A DNA stretch of 32,000 bases from Alkalilimnicola ehrlichii MLHE-1 (lineage in GTDB: Bacteria > Pseudomonadota > Gammaproteobacteria > Nitrococcales > Halorhodospiraceae), in the NCBI RefSeq assembly GCF_000014785.1, contig NC_008340.1, positions 210,001 through 242,000 on the forward strand, in the 5' to 3' direction. Below are positions 1-9,440 of this stretch, one piece after another. The notes beneath the pieces were generated by a model. It saw only the letters and a program-made list of their open reading frames with translations, was not told the origin of the DNA and made no database searches. Made by a program: the position numbers and the translations under genes. The stretch's first letter is position 1, and each line of letters starts with the position of its first letter.

Positions 1-236
1 CGTGACTGGCGCCACCCCCAGCGCGACTGCGAGGAGCGAACCCGTCCCCACCGTTACGGCGAGCGGCGGCGTCACCCCCCACCGTCACGGCGAGGACCGG
101 ACCCGCCCCCACCCCCACTGTCACTGCGAGGAGGCGAAGCCGACGTGGCAGTCTACCGCTCTGGATCGCCGCGGGCCTTCGGCCCTCGCGATGACGGGTG
201 GGGGATGTCTTCGGCCGTCGCGATGAGGGGCCGCCT
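1..236. repeat. Dispersed-repeat cluster: degenerate ~30-bp subrepeats followed by one long unit. Same family as the 4977-5625 array. May continue off the left edge.
   Basis: 116-200 (cactgtcactgcgaggaggcgaagccgacgtggcagtctaccgctctggatcgccgcgggccttcggccctcgcgatgacggg) is near-identical to the ~93-bp units at 5038-5590. 1-115 holds three degenerate copies of the short accgtcacNgcgagg...cgcccc subrepeat. Confidence 0.85.
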
Positions 237-291
237 TTGCCATGACGGTTTATTTTGCGCCTCGTTAAAGGTAGCTGTATAAGGAGTGCCT

Positions 292-939
292 ATGCCCCCG
301 TCCCCGTTGACCGATATCCAGGTCCGCTACCTGGGCCGGCGCGACTACCGCGAGACCTGGTCCGCGATGCGCCGTTACACCGACGAGCGCGGCCCGGACA
401 CGCCGGACCAGCTCTGGGTGGTCTCCCACCCGCCGGTCTACACCCTGGGGCAGGCGGGACGGCGCGAACATATCCTCGACCCCGGTGAGATCCCGGTGGT
501 GGAGACCGACCGGGGCGGCCAGGTCACCTACCACGGCCCGGGCCAGATCGTGCTCTACCCCCTGCTGGACCTGCGCCGCTGGGGCCTGGGCGTGCGCAGC
601 CTGGTCAGCGCCCTGGAGCACACCGTGATCAGCCTGCTGGCGGGCTACGGGATTGCCTCCGAGGCGCGCGACGACGCCCCCGGCGTCTACGTGGAGGGTC
701 GCAAGGTGGCGTCTGTGGGCCTGCGCGTGCGCCGCGGCTGCAGCTACCACGGCCTGGCCGTAAACGTGGATGTCGACCTGGAACCCTTCCTTCGCATCAA
801 TCCCTGTGGCTACCCCGGGCTCGAGGTCACCCGCCTGCTGGACCTGGGCGTGCCCACGCCCTACGAGCGCCTGGAGGCCGATCTGGCGCTGCACTGTCTG
901 GAGGCGATCGTCGAGTACGGGAACGGCGGCGCGGCCTAA
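292..939 (+). CDS. lipB: Octanoyltransferase LipB (lipoyl/octanoyl transferase)
   Basis: ORF 286-939. Typical LipB sequence ([61 protein letters not shown]). ATG at 292 is preferred over GTG at 286 because AAGGAG (281-286) lies 5 nt upstream. Confidence 0.93.
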   Translation: MPPSPLTDIQVRYLGRRDYRETWSAMRRYTDERGPDTPDQLWVVSHPPVYTLGQAGRREHILDPGEIPVVETDRGGQVTYHGPGQIVLYPLLDLRRWGLGVRSLVSALEHTVISLLAGYGIASEARDDAPGVYVEGRKVASVGLRVRRGCSYHGLAVNVDVDLEPFLRINPCGYPGLEVTRLLDLGVPTPYERLEADLALHCLEAIVEYGNGGAA

Positions 940-953
940 CCAGGCGACCTTTA

Positions 954-970
954 TGCACCGGTTTGGTGCC
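954..970. promoter_or_regulatory. NtrC-type enhancer palindrome TGCACC-N4-TGGTGCc
   Basis: tgcaccggtttggtgcc matches the enterobacterial NtrC consensus TGCACC-N4-TGGTGCA at 12 of 13 specified positions. It lies ~85-100 bp upstream of a sigma54-like element, in the lipB-ureJ spacer. Confidence 0.5.
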
Positions 971-1052
971 CTTTCCCGCCAACGCCCCCGTCTAGTGCGC
1001 ACCACGGCGCCTTTGTCCTGCGCAACGCCCTGAAACAGCGGGTGCTCTTCCC

Positions 1053-1067
1053 TGGCATGCAACTTGG
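1053..1067 (+). promoter_or_regulatory. Possible sigma54 (-24/-12) promoter for ureJ-ureDABC, imperfect
   Basis: TGGCAT-gcaac-TTGG. The -24 GG is present and the N10 spacing is correct, but the -12 element is GG instead of GC. It lies 56 nt upstream of the ureJ ATG. Confidence 0.35.
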
Positions 1068-1122
1068 ATAGACGGAGTGGGTATAACGCCCTTCCGTGGA
1101 CCACTGACATGCCGAGGTGACC

Positions 1123-1725
1123 ATGAGCCGTACTTCCCTGCCCATCCTGCTGTTCGCGCTGGCGGCCCTGCTGGCCGCGCCGCTGGCGCTGGCGCATCCG
1201 CATCCCCATCCTCATGTACACGGGGGCTTCGGCCAGGGACTCCTGCACCCGCTGTTGGGGCTGGATCACCTGCTGGCAATGCTGGGCCTGGGGCTCTGGG
1301 CCGGCCAGCAAGGCGACCGGCGCAGCGCCCTGCTGTTGCCGGGCGCTTTCCTGCTCGCCATGCTCGTGGGCTTCGGGGTGGGGCTGGCCTCCGCACCGAT
1401 GGTGGCGGTGGAGTTCGGCATTCTCGGTTCCCTGCTGGTGGTAGGCGGGCTGGTGGCCTGGGGCGGTCGCTTGCCCCTGGCCACCGGTATGGCCCTGGCC
1501 GCAGCCTTTGCCCTGTTTCACGGCCATGCCCACGGCGCCGAGATGGCCGCTGGCCTCTCCGGCCTGAGCTTCGGCGCGGGCTTCCTGCTGGCCAGTGCCG
1601 TCCTGCTCGCGGCGGGCGTGGGCCTGGAGCGCCTGGCCCGCCGGCAATTGCCGGCCCTGCCGCTGGCGCGGGGCGCCGGCGTGGGTATCGTGCTGGCCGG
1701 TCTCGTCCTCGTCGCACTGTTCTGA
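1123..1725 (+). CDS. ureJ: HupE/UreJ family nickel transporter (urease accessory membrane protein)
   Basis: Signal peptide, then HPHPHPHVHGG and LHPLLGLDHLLAMLGLGLWA, which is the HupE/UreJ signature. Multi-TM, immediately upstream of ureD. ATG 1123 has GAGG 5 nt upstream; the track's GTG at 1117 is less likely. Confidence 0.88.
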   Translation: MSRTSLPILLFALAALLAAPLALAHPHPHPHVHGGFGQGLLHPLLGLDHLLAMLGLGLWAGQQGDRRSALLLPGAFLLAMLVGFGVGLASAPMVAVEFGILGSLLVVGGLVAWGGRLPLATGMALAAAFALFHGHAHGAEMAAGLSGLSFGAGFLLASAVLLAAGVGLERLARRQLPALPLARGAGVGIVLAGLVLVALF

Positions 1726-1735
1726 GCGCGGCGAG

Positions 1736-2617
1736 ATGGCTGTCGCCCAACAAGCCTGGTCACCGGGGGCCGACCCGGCCCCCTCAGCAGCACCCGTGAG
1801 CCCGGGGTGGCGGGGGGCATTGCGGCTGGACTTCGCCCGGCGGGGTGAACGCACCGCCCTGGTGCGACGACGCCACCAAGGGCCGCTGGTGGTCCAGCGC
1901 ACCTTCCACCCGGAGGGCGCGCCCTGCCACGCCTACCTGCTTCACCCCCCTGGGGGGTTGGTGGGTGGCGATGAACTGGACCTCTCCGTGGAGGTGGGCG
2001 AGGGCGCCCACGCCCTGATGACCACCCCCGGGGCGGCCAAGTTCTACCGCTCCTCGGGCGACTGGTCCATCCAGCGGCAGGTTTTCCGGTTGGCCCCGGG
2101 CGCCACATTCGAGTGGCTGCCCATGGAGACCATCCTCCACGGGGGCAGCCGTAGCCGGCTGATCAACCGCTTCGAGTTGGCCGAAGGCGCCCGCCTGATC
2201 GCCTGGGAGATGGTGGCCCTGGGCCGTCCGGGGAGTGGTGACCACTTCCCCAGGGGCGTGCTGGATCAGCGGCTGGCGGTGAATTGCGAGCAAATGCCCC
2301 TGCTGCGGGAGCGCCTCTCCCTGAATGCCGACGACCCCCTCCGCACCGCCCCCTGGGGGCTGCAGGGCCAGGCGGTGTTCGCCACCCTGCTGGCGTCGCC
2401 CGCCCCGGACGGCCTGGAGCACGACCTGCGGGACGCCCTGCAGGTGCCACCCGGCGTCCGGATGGGGGCGACCCGGTGCCCGGAGGGGCTATTGGCAGTG
2501 CGCGTGCTGGGGCCCGGCGTGGAACCGGTGCGCAAGACCCTGGAACAGGCCTGGCGCACTATCCGCGAGCCCGTGGTCGGGCTTCCCCCTTGTCCCCCCC
2601 GAATCTGGAGTACATGA
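1736..2617 (+). CDS. ureD: Urease accessory protein UreD
   Basis: [39 protein letters not shown] is characteristic of UreD/UreH. The start was moved to the in-frame ATG at 1736, 10 nt after the ureJ stop, because the 1595 start would overlap ureJ. Confidence 0.9.
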   Translation: MAVAQQAWSPGADPAPSAAPVSPGWRGALRLDFARRGERTALVRRRHQGPLVVQRTFHPEGAPCHAYLLHPPGGLVGGDELDLSVEVGEGAHALMTTPGAAKFYRSSGDWSIQRQVFRLAPGATFEWLPMETILHGGSRSRLINRFELAEGARLIAWEMVALGRPGSGDHFPRGVLDQRLAVNCEQMPLLRERLSLNADDPLRTAPWGLQGQAVFATLLASPAPDGLEHDLRDALQVPPGVRMGATRCPEGLLAVRVLGPGVEPVRKTLEQAWRTIREPVVGLPPCPPRIWST

Positions 2618-2627
2618 GGCCGAACCC

Positions 2628-2930
2628 ATGGATCTGACCCCGAGAGAGAAAGACAAGCTGCTGCTCTTCACCGCCGGGCTGCTGGCGGAGCGGCGTAAGG
2701 CCAAGGGCTTGAAGCTCAACCACCCGGAGGCGGTGGCGCTCATCTCCTGCGCCATCATGGAGGGCGCCCGGGAGGGGCGTTCCGTGGCCGAGATGATGGA
2801 TGCCGGTGGCCAGGTGCTGACCCGGGAGGACGTGATGGAAGGGGTCGCGGAGATGATCCCCGAAGTGCAGGTGGAGGCCACCTTCCCGGACGGGGTCAAG
2901 CTGGTCACCGTACACGAGCCCATCCGCTAG
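2628..2930 (+). CDS. ureA: Urease gamma subunit
   Basis: [39 protein letters not shown]..., 100 aa, canonical UreA. Internal ATG of track ORF 2325-2930. Confidence 0.97.
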   Translation: MDLTPREKDKLLLFTAGLLAERRKAKGLKLNHPEAVALISCAIMEGAREGRSVAEMMDAGGQVLTREDVMEGVAEMIPEVQVEATFPDGVKLVTVHEPIR

Positions 2931-2941
2931 GGAGGCGCACC

Positions 2942-3258
2942 ATGATACCCGGAGAAATCCTTCCCGAGGACGGCGAGATCACCCTCAACGCGGGGCGCGA
3001 CACCCTCACCGTGGAGGTGACCAACACCGGCGACCGCCCCGCCCAGGTGGGCTCCCACTACCACTTCTACGAGGTCAACGACCACCTCCACTTCGACCGC
3101 GAGCCTACCCGGGGCTTCCGGCTGGATATCGCCGCCGGCACGGCGGTGCGCTTCGAGCCCGGCCAGAGCCGCACGGTGCAGTTGGTGCGCTACGCGGGCA
3201 GTGGCGATATCTACGGCTTTCAGGGCCGGGTGATGGGGCCGGCAACAGGAGAGAGCGC

Positions 3259-3262
<4 letters not shown>
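2942..3262 (+). CDS. ureB: Urease beta subunit
   Basis: MIPGEI...[19 protein letters not shown], 106 aa, canonical UreB. Confidence 0.97.
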
Positions 3263-4965
<1,703 letters not shown>

Positions 4966-4976
4966 CGCGCCCCCGC

Positions 4977-5625
4977 CCCCACCGTCACTACGAGGAGCGG
5001 GCTCGCCCCACCGTCACTACGAGGAGCGGGCTCGCCCCACCGTCACTGCGAGGAGGCGAAGCCGACGTGGCAGTCTACCGCCCTGGATCGCCACGGGCCT
5101 CCGGCCCTCGCGATGACGGGGATGGCGCCCCACCGTCACTGCGAGGAGGCGAAGCCGACGTGGCAGTCCACCGCCCTGGATCGCCACGGGCCTCCGGCCC
5201 TCGCGATGACGGGGATGGCGCCCCACCGTCACTGCGAGGAGGCGAAGCCGACGTGGCAGTCCACCGCCTTGGATCGCCACGGGCCTTCGGCCCTCGCGAT
5301 GACGGGGATGGCGCCCCACCGTCACTGCGAGGAGGCGAAGCCGACGCGGCAGTCTACCGCCTTGGATCGCCACGGGCCTTCGGCCCTCGCGATGACGGGG
5401 ATGGCGCCCCCACCGTCACTGCGAGGAGGCGAAGCCGACGTGGCAGTCCACCGCCTTGGATCGCCACGGGCCTTCGGCCCTCGCGATGACGGGATGGCGC
5501 CCCACCGTCACTGCGAGGAGGCGAAGCCGACGCGGCAGTCTACCGCTCTGGATCGCCTTGGGCCTTCGGCCTTCGCGATGACGGGGGAAAGCCTTTGACC
5601 CCCGCGATGACGGGGGTACGCCGTT
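4977..5625. repeat. Tandem-repeat array: 2 x 29 bp, then 6 x ~93 bp units plus a degenerate tail. Fills the ureC-ureE spacer.
   Basis: 29-bp units start at 4980 and 5009 (caccgtcactacgaggagcgggctcgccc). Long units start at 5038, 5131, 5224, 5317, 5411 and 5503 (periods 93, 93, 93, 94, 92). Each long unit has terminal inverted repeats (ccgtcaCTgcgagg ... cctcgcGAtgacgg) and an internal GC hairpin (gggcc-tYc-ggccc). Confidence 0.95.
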
Positions 5626-5655
5626 GTACGTTTATCGGAGGAGCAACCGATCACC

Positions 5656-6147
5656 ATGCTGACCTTGACCGAGCGATTACCCCAGGCCGCCCCTGCCGAC
5701 GCCACCCTGACCCTGCCCTTCGAGGTCCGCCAGAAGAGCCGTTTCCGGGCAACCCTGGACGATGGCCGGGAGGTGGGGGTCATGCTGAGCCGGGGCGAGA
5801 TTCTGCGGGATGGCCAATGCCTGCAGGCCGGGGACGGCACCGTGGTGCGGGTACATGCCGCTGCGGAGGCAGTGAGCACCGTGCGTGGCGACGACGGCCT
5901 GGCCCTGGCCCGGGCCTGCTACCACCTGGGGAACCGCCACGTCCCCCTGCAGATCGGCGCCGGATTCGCCCGCTACCTGCACGATCACGTGCTGGACGAC
6001 ATGCTCCGGGGCCTGGGGCTGGAGGTCGTGAGCGAGCAGGCCCCCTTCGAACCGGAACCGGGGGCCTATGGCGGCGGCCACGGCCATACTCATAGCCACG
6101 ACCATAGCCACCAGCACGACCCGGCGGGCCACGCCCATGAGCACTGA
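5656..6147 (+). CDS. ureE: Urease accessory protein UreE (nickel metallochaperone)
   Basis: [30 protein letters not shown] and [14 protein letters not shown], with a His-rich C-terminal tail ([23 protein letters not shown]). Confidence 0.92.
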   Translation: MLTLTERLPQAAPADATLTLPFEVRQKSRFRATLDDGREVGVMLSRGEILRDGQCLQAGDGTVVRVHAAAEAVSTVRGDDGLALARACYHLGNRHVPLQIGAGFARYLHDHVLDDMLRGLGLEVVSEQAPFEPEPGAYGGGHGHTHSHDHSHQHDPAGHAHEH

Positions 6148-6823
6148 GACCAACCCCGGCCTGGCCCAACGGCGGCTCTGGCAGCTGATCAGTCCCACCC
6201 TGCCCATCGGTGCCTACAGCTACTCCGCCGGGCTCGAATACGCCGTGGAGGCGGGCTGGCTGCGCAATGCCGATGCCGTGGCCGACTGGCTGCAGGGCCA
6301 ACTCCACCACGCCCTGGCACCGGTGGACATTCCCGCCCTGGCCCGCCTGCACGCGGCCTGGCAAAGCGACGACGCCGTGGCCGTCCATTACTGGAGTCAG
6401 TGGCTGCGCGCCTGCCGGGAAACCAAGGAACTGCGCGAGGAGGATCGCCACGTGGGCCAGGCCCTCGCGCGGTTGCTGCGCGACCTGGACCTGCCCGAGG
6501 CCGCCCCCTGGGTGGACGACCCCATCGCCGGCTGGCCCACCCTGTACGCCCTGGCCGTCGCCCGCTGGGCCATCCCCCTGGAGACCGCCGCCGAGGCCTA
6601 CCTCTGGGCCTGGTGCGAGAACCAGGTGTCCGCCGCCATCAAGCTGGTGCCCCTGGGCCAGACCGCCGGCCAGCGACTGCTGCTGGAAATGGCCGAACCC
6701 GTGGGCGAGGCCGCCCGCCAGGGGCTTGCCCTCGAAGACGAGGAAATGGGCGGTGGCCTGCCCGGCGTGGCCCTGGCCAGCAGCCTGCACGAAACCCAGT
6801 ACTCCCGGCTCTTCAGGAGCTGA
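6137..6823 (+). CDS. ureF: Urease accessory protein UreF
   Basis: [25 protein letters not shown] is typical of UreF. The in-frame ATG at 6137 overlaps the ureE stop by 11 nt; the track start at 6068 lies inside ureE. Confidence 0.9.
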   Translation: MSTETNPGLAQRRLWQLISPTLPIGAYSYSAGLEYAVEAGWLRNADAVADWLQGQLHHALAPVDIPALARLHAAWQSDDAVAVHYWSQWLRACRETKELREEDRHVGQALARLLRDLDLPEAAPWVDDPIAGWPTLYALAVARWAIPLETAAEAYLWAWCENQVSAAIKLVPLGQTAGQRLLLEMAEPVGEAARQGLALEDEEMGGGLPGVALASSLHETQYSRLFRS

Positions 6824-6990
6824 GAGACGCAAGAGTGGGATTGACCACAGCCCCTCTTTTCCAGGAAACGGGGCCAAGTTCCATCCAGGGGGCGCGGTTG
6901 CTTCAGCCTATTAAACGGAGGTCGGGCTCACCTGGAAACCTCTTGGGGCGGCCGGGCCTGGCCGTAAGCCCGGTGCCCGAAAGGATGAGA

Positions 6991-7096
6991 GGGCGTGGCG
7001 GGGGTTCCCTTGGGAATCGTAGGCGGCAGGGATGCCGCCTACGAGCCTACAGGGATGTATTCACGGCGTATTCCCAAGGGAACCCCCGCCACGCCC
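6991..7096. repeat. 106-bp nested palindromic element in the ureF-ureG spacer
   Basis: Perfect 27-bp inverted repeat: gggcgtggcgggggttcccttgggaat (6991-7017) and attcccaagggaacccccgccacgccc (7070-7096). It encloses an 11-bp-stem hairpin, cgtaggcggca-ggga-tgccgcctacg (7018-7043). Confidence 0.9.
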
Positions 7097-7154
7097 GACC
7101 CCAACCCCTTCGAAGCCACAACAGACAAAACCATCAGAGCAAGAGGAACACCCC

Positions 7155-7790
<636 letters not shown>

Positions 7791-7809
7791 GGGCCCTTCG
7801 ATGCCCGGT

Positions 7810-7826
7810 CGCACCAGGTTGGGGCG
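7810..7826. promoter_or_regulatory. NtrC-like enhancer site upstream of urtA
   Basis: cGCACC-aggt-TGGgGCg matches 10 of 13 specified positions of TGCACC-N4-TGGTGCA. It lies ~75-90 bp upstream of the sigma54 promoter, separated from it by an A/T-rich stretch (7866-7898) that could bend DNA. Confidence 0.4.
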
Positions 7827-7899
7827 CCGACGAGGCGTAAAACAACCCCATAACCAGCAGGAGGCCTATAAACACAAACAATACAACTACTTAAAAAGT

Positions 7900-7915
7900 T
7901 GGCACGCGGGTTGCT
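7900..7915 (+). promoter_or_regulatory. Sigma54 (RpoN) -24/-12 promoter of urtABCDE
   Basis: tTGGCACGcgggTTGCTg is an almost perfect match to YTGGCACG-N4-TTGCW. It lies ~70 nt upstream of the urtA ATG. Confidence 0.8.
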
Positions 7916-7983
7916 GATACTTGCCCGACTGCAATCCCGATGGTGCAACCGCCCTCGGGGACCGTGAGTATCAGGAGGGAAGC

Positions 7984-9318
7984 ATGAGCAAAACGCAAAC
8001 GCGTACCAACCCCGTCGCCGGCCTGCGCCGCACCGCCATCGCGGCGGGCGTCATGGCTGCCGTCGGTCTGGGGGGGCCGGCGGTGGCCGACGAGGGGCCG
8101 ATCAAAGTGGGCATCCTCCACTCCCTGTCCGGCACCATGGCCATCAGCGAGACCTCGCTGCGGGACGTGGCGTTGATGACCATCCAGCAGATCAACGAGC
8201 AGGGCGGCCTGCTGGGCCGGGAGCTGGAGCCGGTGGTCATGGACCCCGCCTCCGACTGGCCCCGCTACGCCGAGCAGGGCCGCGAGCTGCTGGAGCGCCA
8301 CGAGGTGGACGTCATCTTCGGCTCCTGGACCTCCGTCTCCCGCGAGGCGGTGCTGCCGGTGCTGGAAGAGCTGAACGGCCTGATGTTCTATCCGGTGCAG
8401 TACGAGGGCGAGGAGTCCTCCCGCAACATCTTCTACACCGGCGCGGCCCCGAACCAGCAGACCATCCCCGCCGTGGAATACCTGATGAGCCCAGAGGGCG
8501 GCGGCGCCGAGCGCTTCTACCTGGTGGGCACCGACTACGTCTTCCCGCGCACCACCAACCGCATCGTGCGCGCCTTCCTCAATCACCACGGGGTCAGCGA
8601 CGACGATATCGAAGAGGTTTACTTCCCCTTCGAGCACAGCGACTTCCAGTCCCTGGTCGGTGATATCCGTAGCTTCGCCGACGGCGGCCCCACCGCGGTG
8701 ATCAACACCGTCAACGGCGACTCCAACGTGGCCTTCTACCAGGAGCTGGCCAACCAGGGCATCGACGCCATCGACATCCCGGTGATGGCCACCTCCGTCG
8801 GCGAGGAAGAACTGCGCGGCATGGACACCGGCCCTCTGGTGGGCCACCTGGCCGCCTGGAACTACTTCATGTCCATCGATACCCCGGAGAACGAGACGTT
8901 CGTTTCCACCTGGATGGACTACGTGGAGGCCGAGGGCCTGAGCGGTGGCAGTGACCGGGTCACCAACGACCCCATGGAGGCCACCCACATCGGCATCCGC
9001 ATGTGGGCCCAGGCGGTGCTGCAGGCCGGTACCACCGACGTGGACGCGGTGCGCCAGGCGGTCTACGGCCAGTGCGTGGACGCCCCCTCCGGTTTCGAGA
9101 TCTGCATGGACGAGGAGAACCACCACCTGCACAAGCCGGTGATCATCGGCGAGATCCAGCCCGACGGCCAGTTCGCCCCGGTCTGGGAGACCGACGGTCC
9201 GGTGCGCGCGGAGCCCTGGAGCGAGTACCTGGAGGACAGCCGGGACAAGGTCGCCAACTGGCGTTATCCCTGGGTCTGCGGTGACTGCACCGAGCCCACC
9301 TACGAGCTGGACTTCTGA
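7984..9318 (+). CDS. urtA: Urea ABC transporter substrate-binding protein UrtA
   Basis: Signal peptide with an RR motif, then IKVGILHSLSGTMAISETSLRD and the YPVQYEGEE / GTDYVFPRTTN motifs typical of UrtA. ATG 7984 is preceded by AGGAGGGA. Confidence 0.93.
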   Translation: MSKTQTRTNPVAGLRRTAIAAGVMAAVGLGGPAVADEGPIKVGILHSLSGTMAISETSLRDVALMTIQQINEQGGLLGRELEPVVMDPASDWPRYAEQGRELLERHEVDVIFGSWTSVSREAVLPVLEELNGLMFYPVQYEGEESSRNIFYTGAAPNQQTIPAVEYLMSPEGGGAERFYLVGTDYVFPRTTNRIVRAFLNHHGVSDDDIEEVYFPFEHSDFQSLVGDIRSFADGGPTAVINTVNGDSNVAFYQELANQGIDAIDIPVMATSVGEEELRGMDTGPLVGHLAAWNYFMSIDTPENETFVSTWMDYVEAEGLSGGSDRVTNDPMEATHIGIRMWAQAVLQAGTTDVDAVRQAVYGQCVDAPSGFEICMDEENHHLHKPVIIGEIQPDGQFAPVWETDGPVRAEPWSEYLEDSRDKVANWRYPWVCGDCTEPTYELDF

Positions 9319-9327
9319 TCCGCCCAT

Positions 9328-9390
9328 GGCGGGGCCTCCGGGCCCCGCCCCCGCCAAGAACAATACGGGCGCCCGGGTTCGTCCCCGGGC
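9328..9390 (+). other. Two GC-rich stem-loops after urtA (intra-operon hairpins, no U-tract)
   Basis: ggcggggcc-tccg-ggccccgcc (9328-9349, 9-bp stem) and gcccggg-ttcgtc-cccgggc (9371-9390, 7-bp stem). Confidence 0.6.
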
Positions 9391-9440
9391 ACCCCATTCA
9401 GTCCCCGGGCCGTCTGGCCCTCACCTGGACGGGAGCGACC

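Noticed and set aside
265-1902. Very long antisense or alternative-frame ORFs. Examples: 265-1902(-), 3220-4854(-), 5780-6877(-), 7891-9363(-), 9300-11261(-), 16547-17869(+), 19961-21040(+), 20972-22819(-), 24195-25568(-).
   Set aside because: Each lies opposite or out of frame to a gene with unmistakable family signatures. Their translations are low-complexity Arg/Gly/Pro/Ala/His-rich strings with no recognisable motifs. This is the expected stop-codon-poor shadow-ORF artefact of high-GC DNA.
4977-5625. Possible CRISPR array
   Set aside because: The entire ~93-bp period is repeated. There are no unique spacers between short repeats, and no cas genes are present in the window.
6991-7096. Calling the nested palindrome a MITE or mobile element
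   Set aside because: No convincing target-site duplication flanks it (left ..gatgaga, right gacccc..). No second copy is present in the window and no transposase is nearby. It is reported as a palindromic repeat only.
6824-7154. Small RNA, tRNA or protein gene in the ureF-ureG spacer, and likewise in 16287-16765
   Set aside because: I saw no tRNA-like T-arm (GGTTCGAATCC-type) and no recognisable tmRNA, RNase P, 6S or riboswitch core. The only ORFs are alternative frames of neighbouring genes. A novel sRNA cannot be excluded without transcript data.
7930-7947. NtrC-like dyad TGCAAT-cccga-TGGTGCA near urtA
   Set aside because: The spacer is one nt longer than the consensus, and the site lies downstream of the sigma54 promoter, within the predicted 5' UTR, where an enhancer is not expected. 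It may be chance or a different site.
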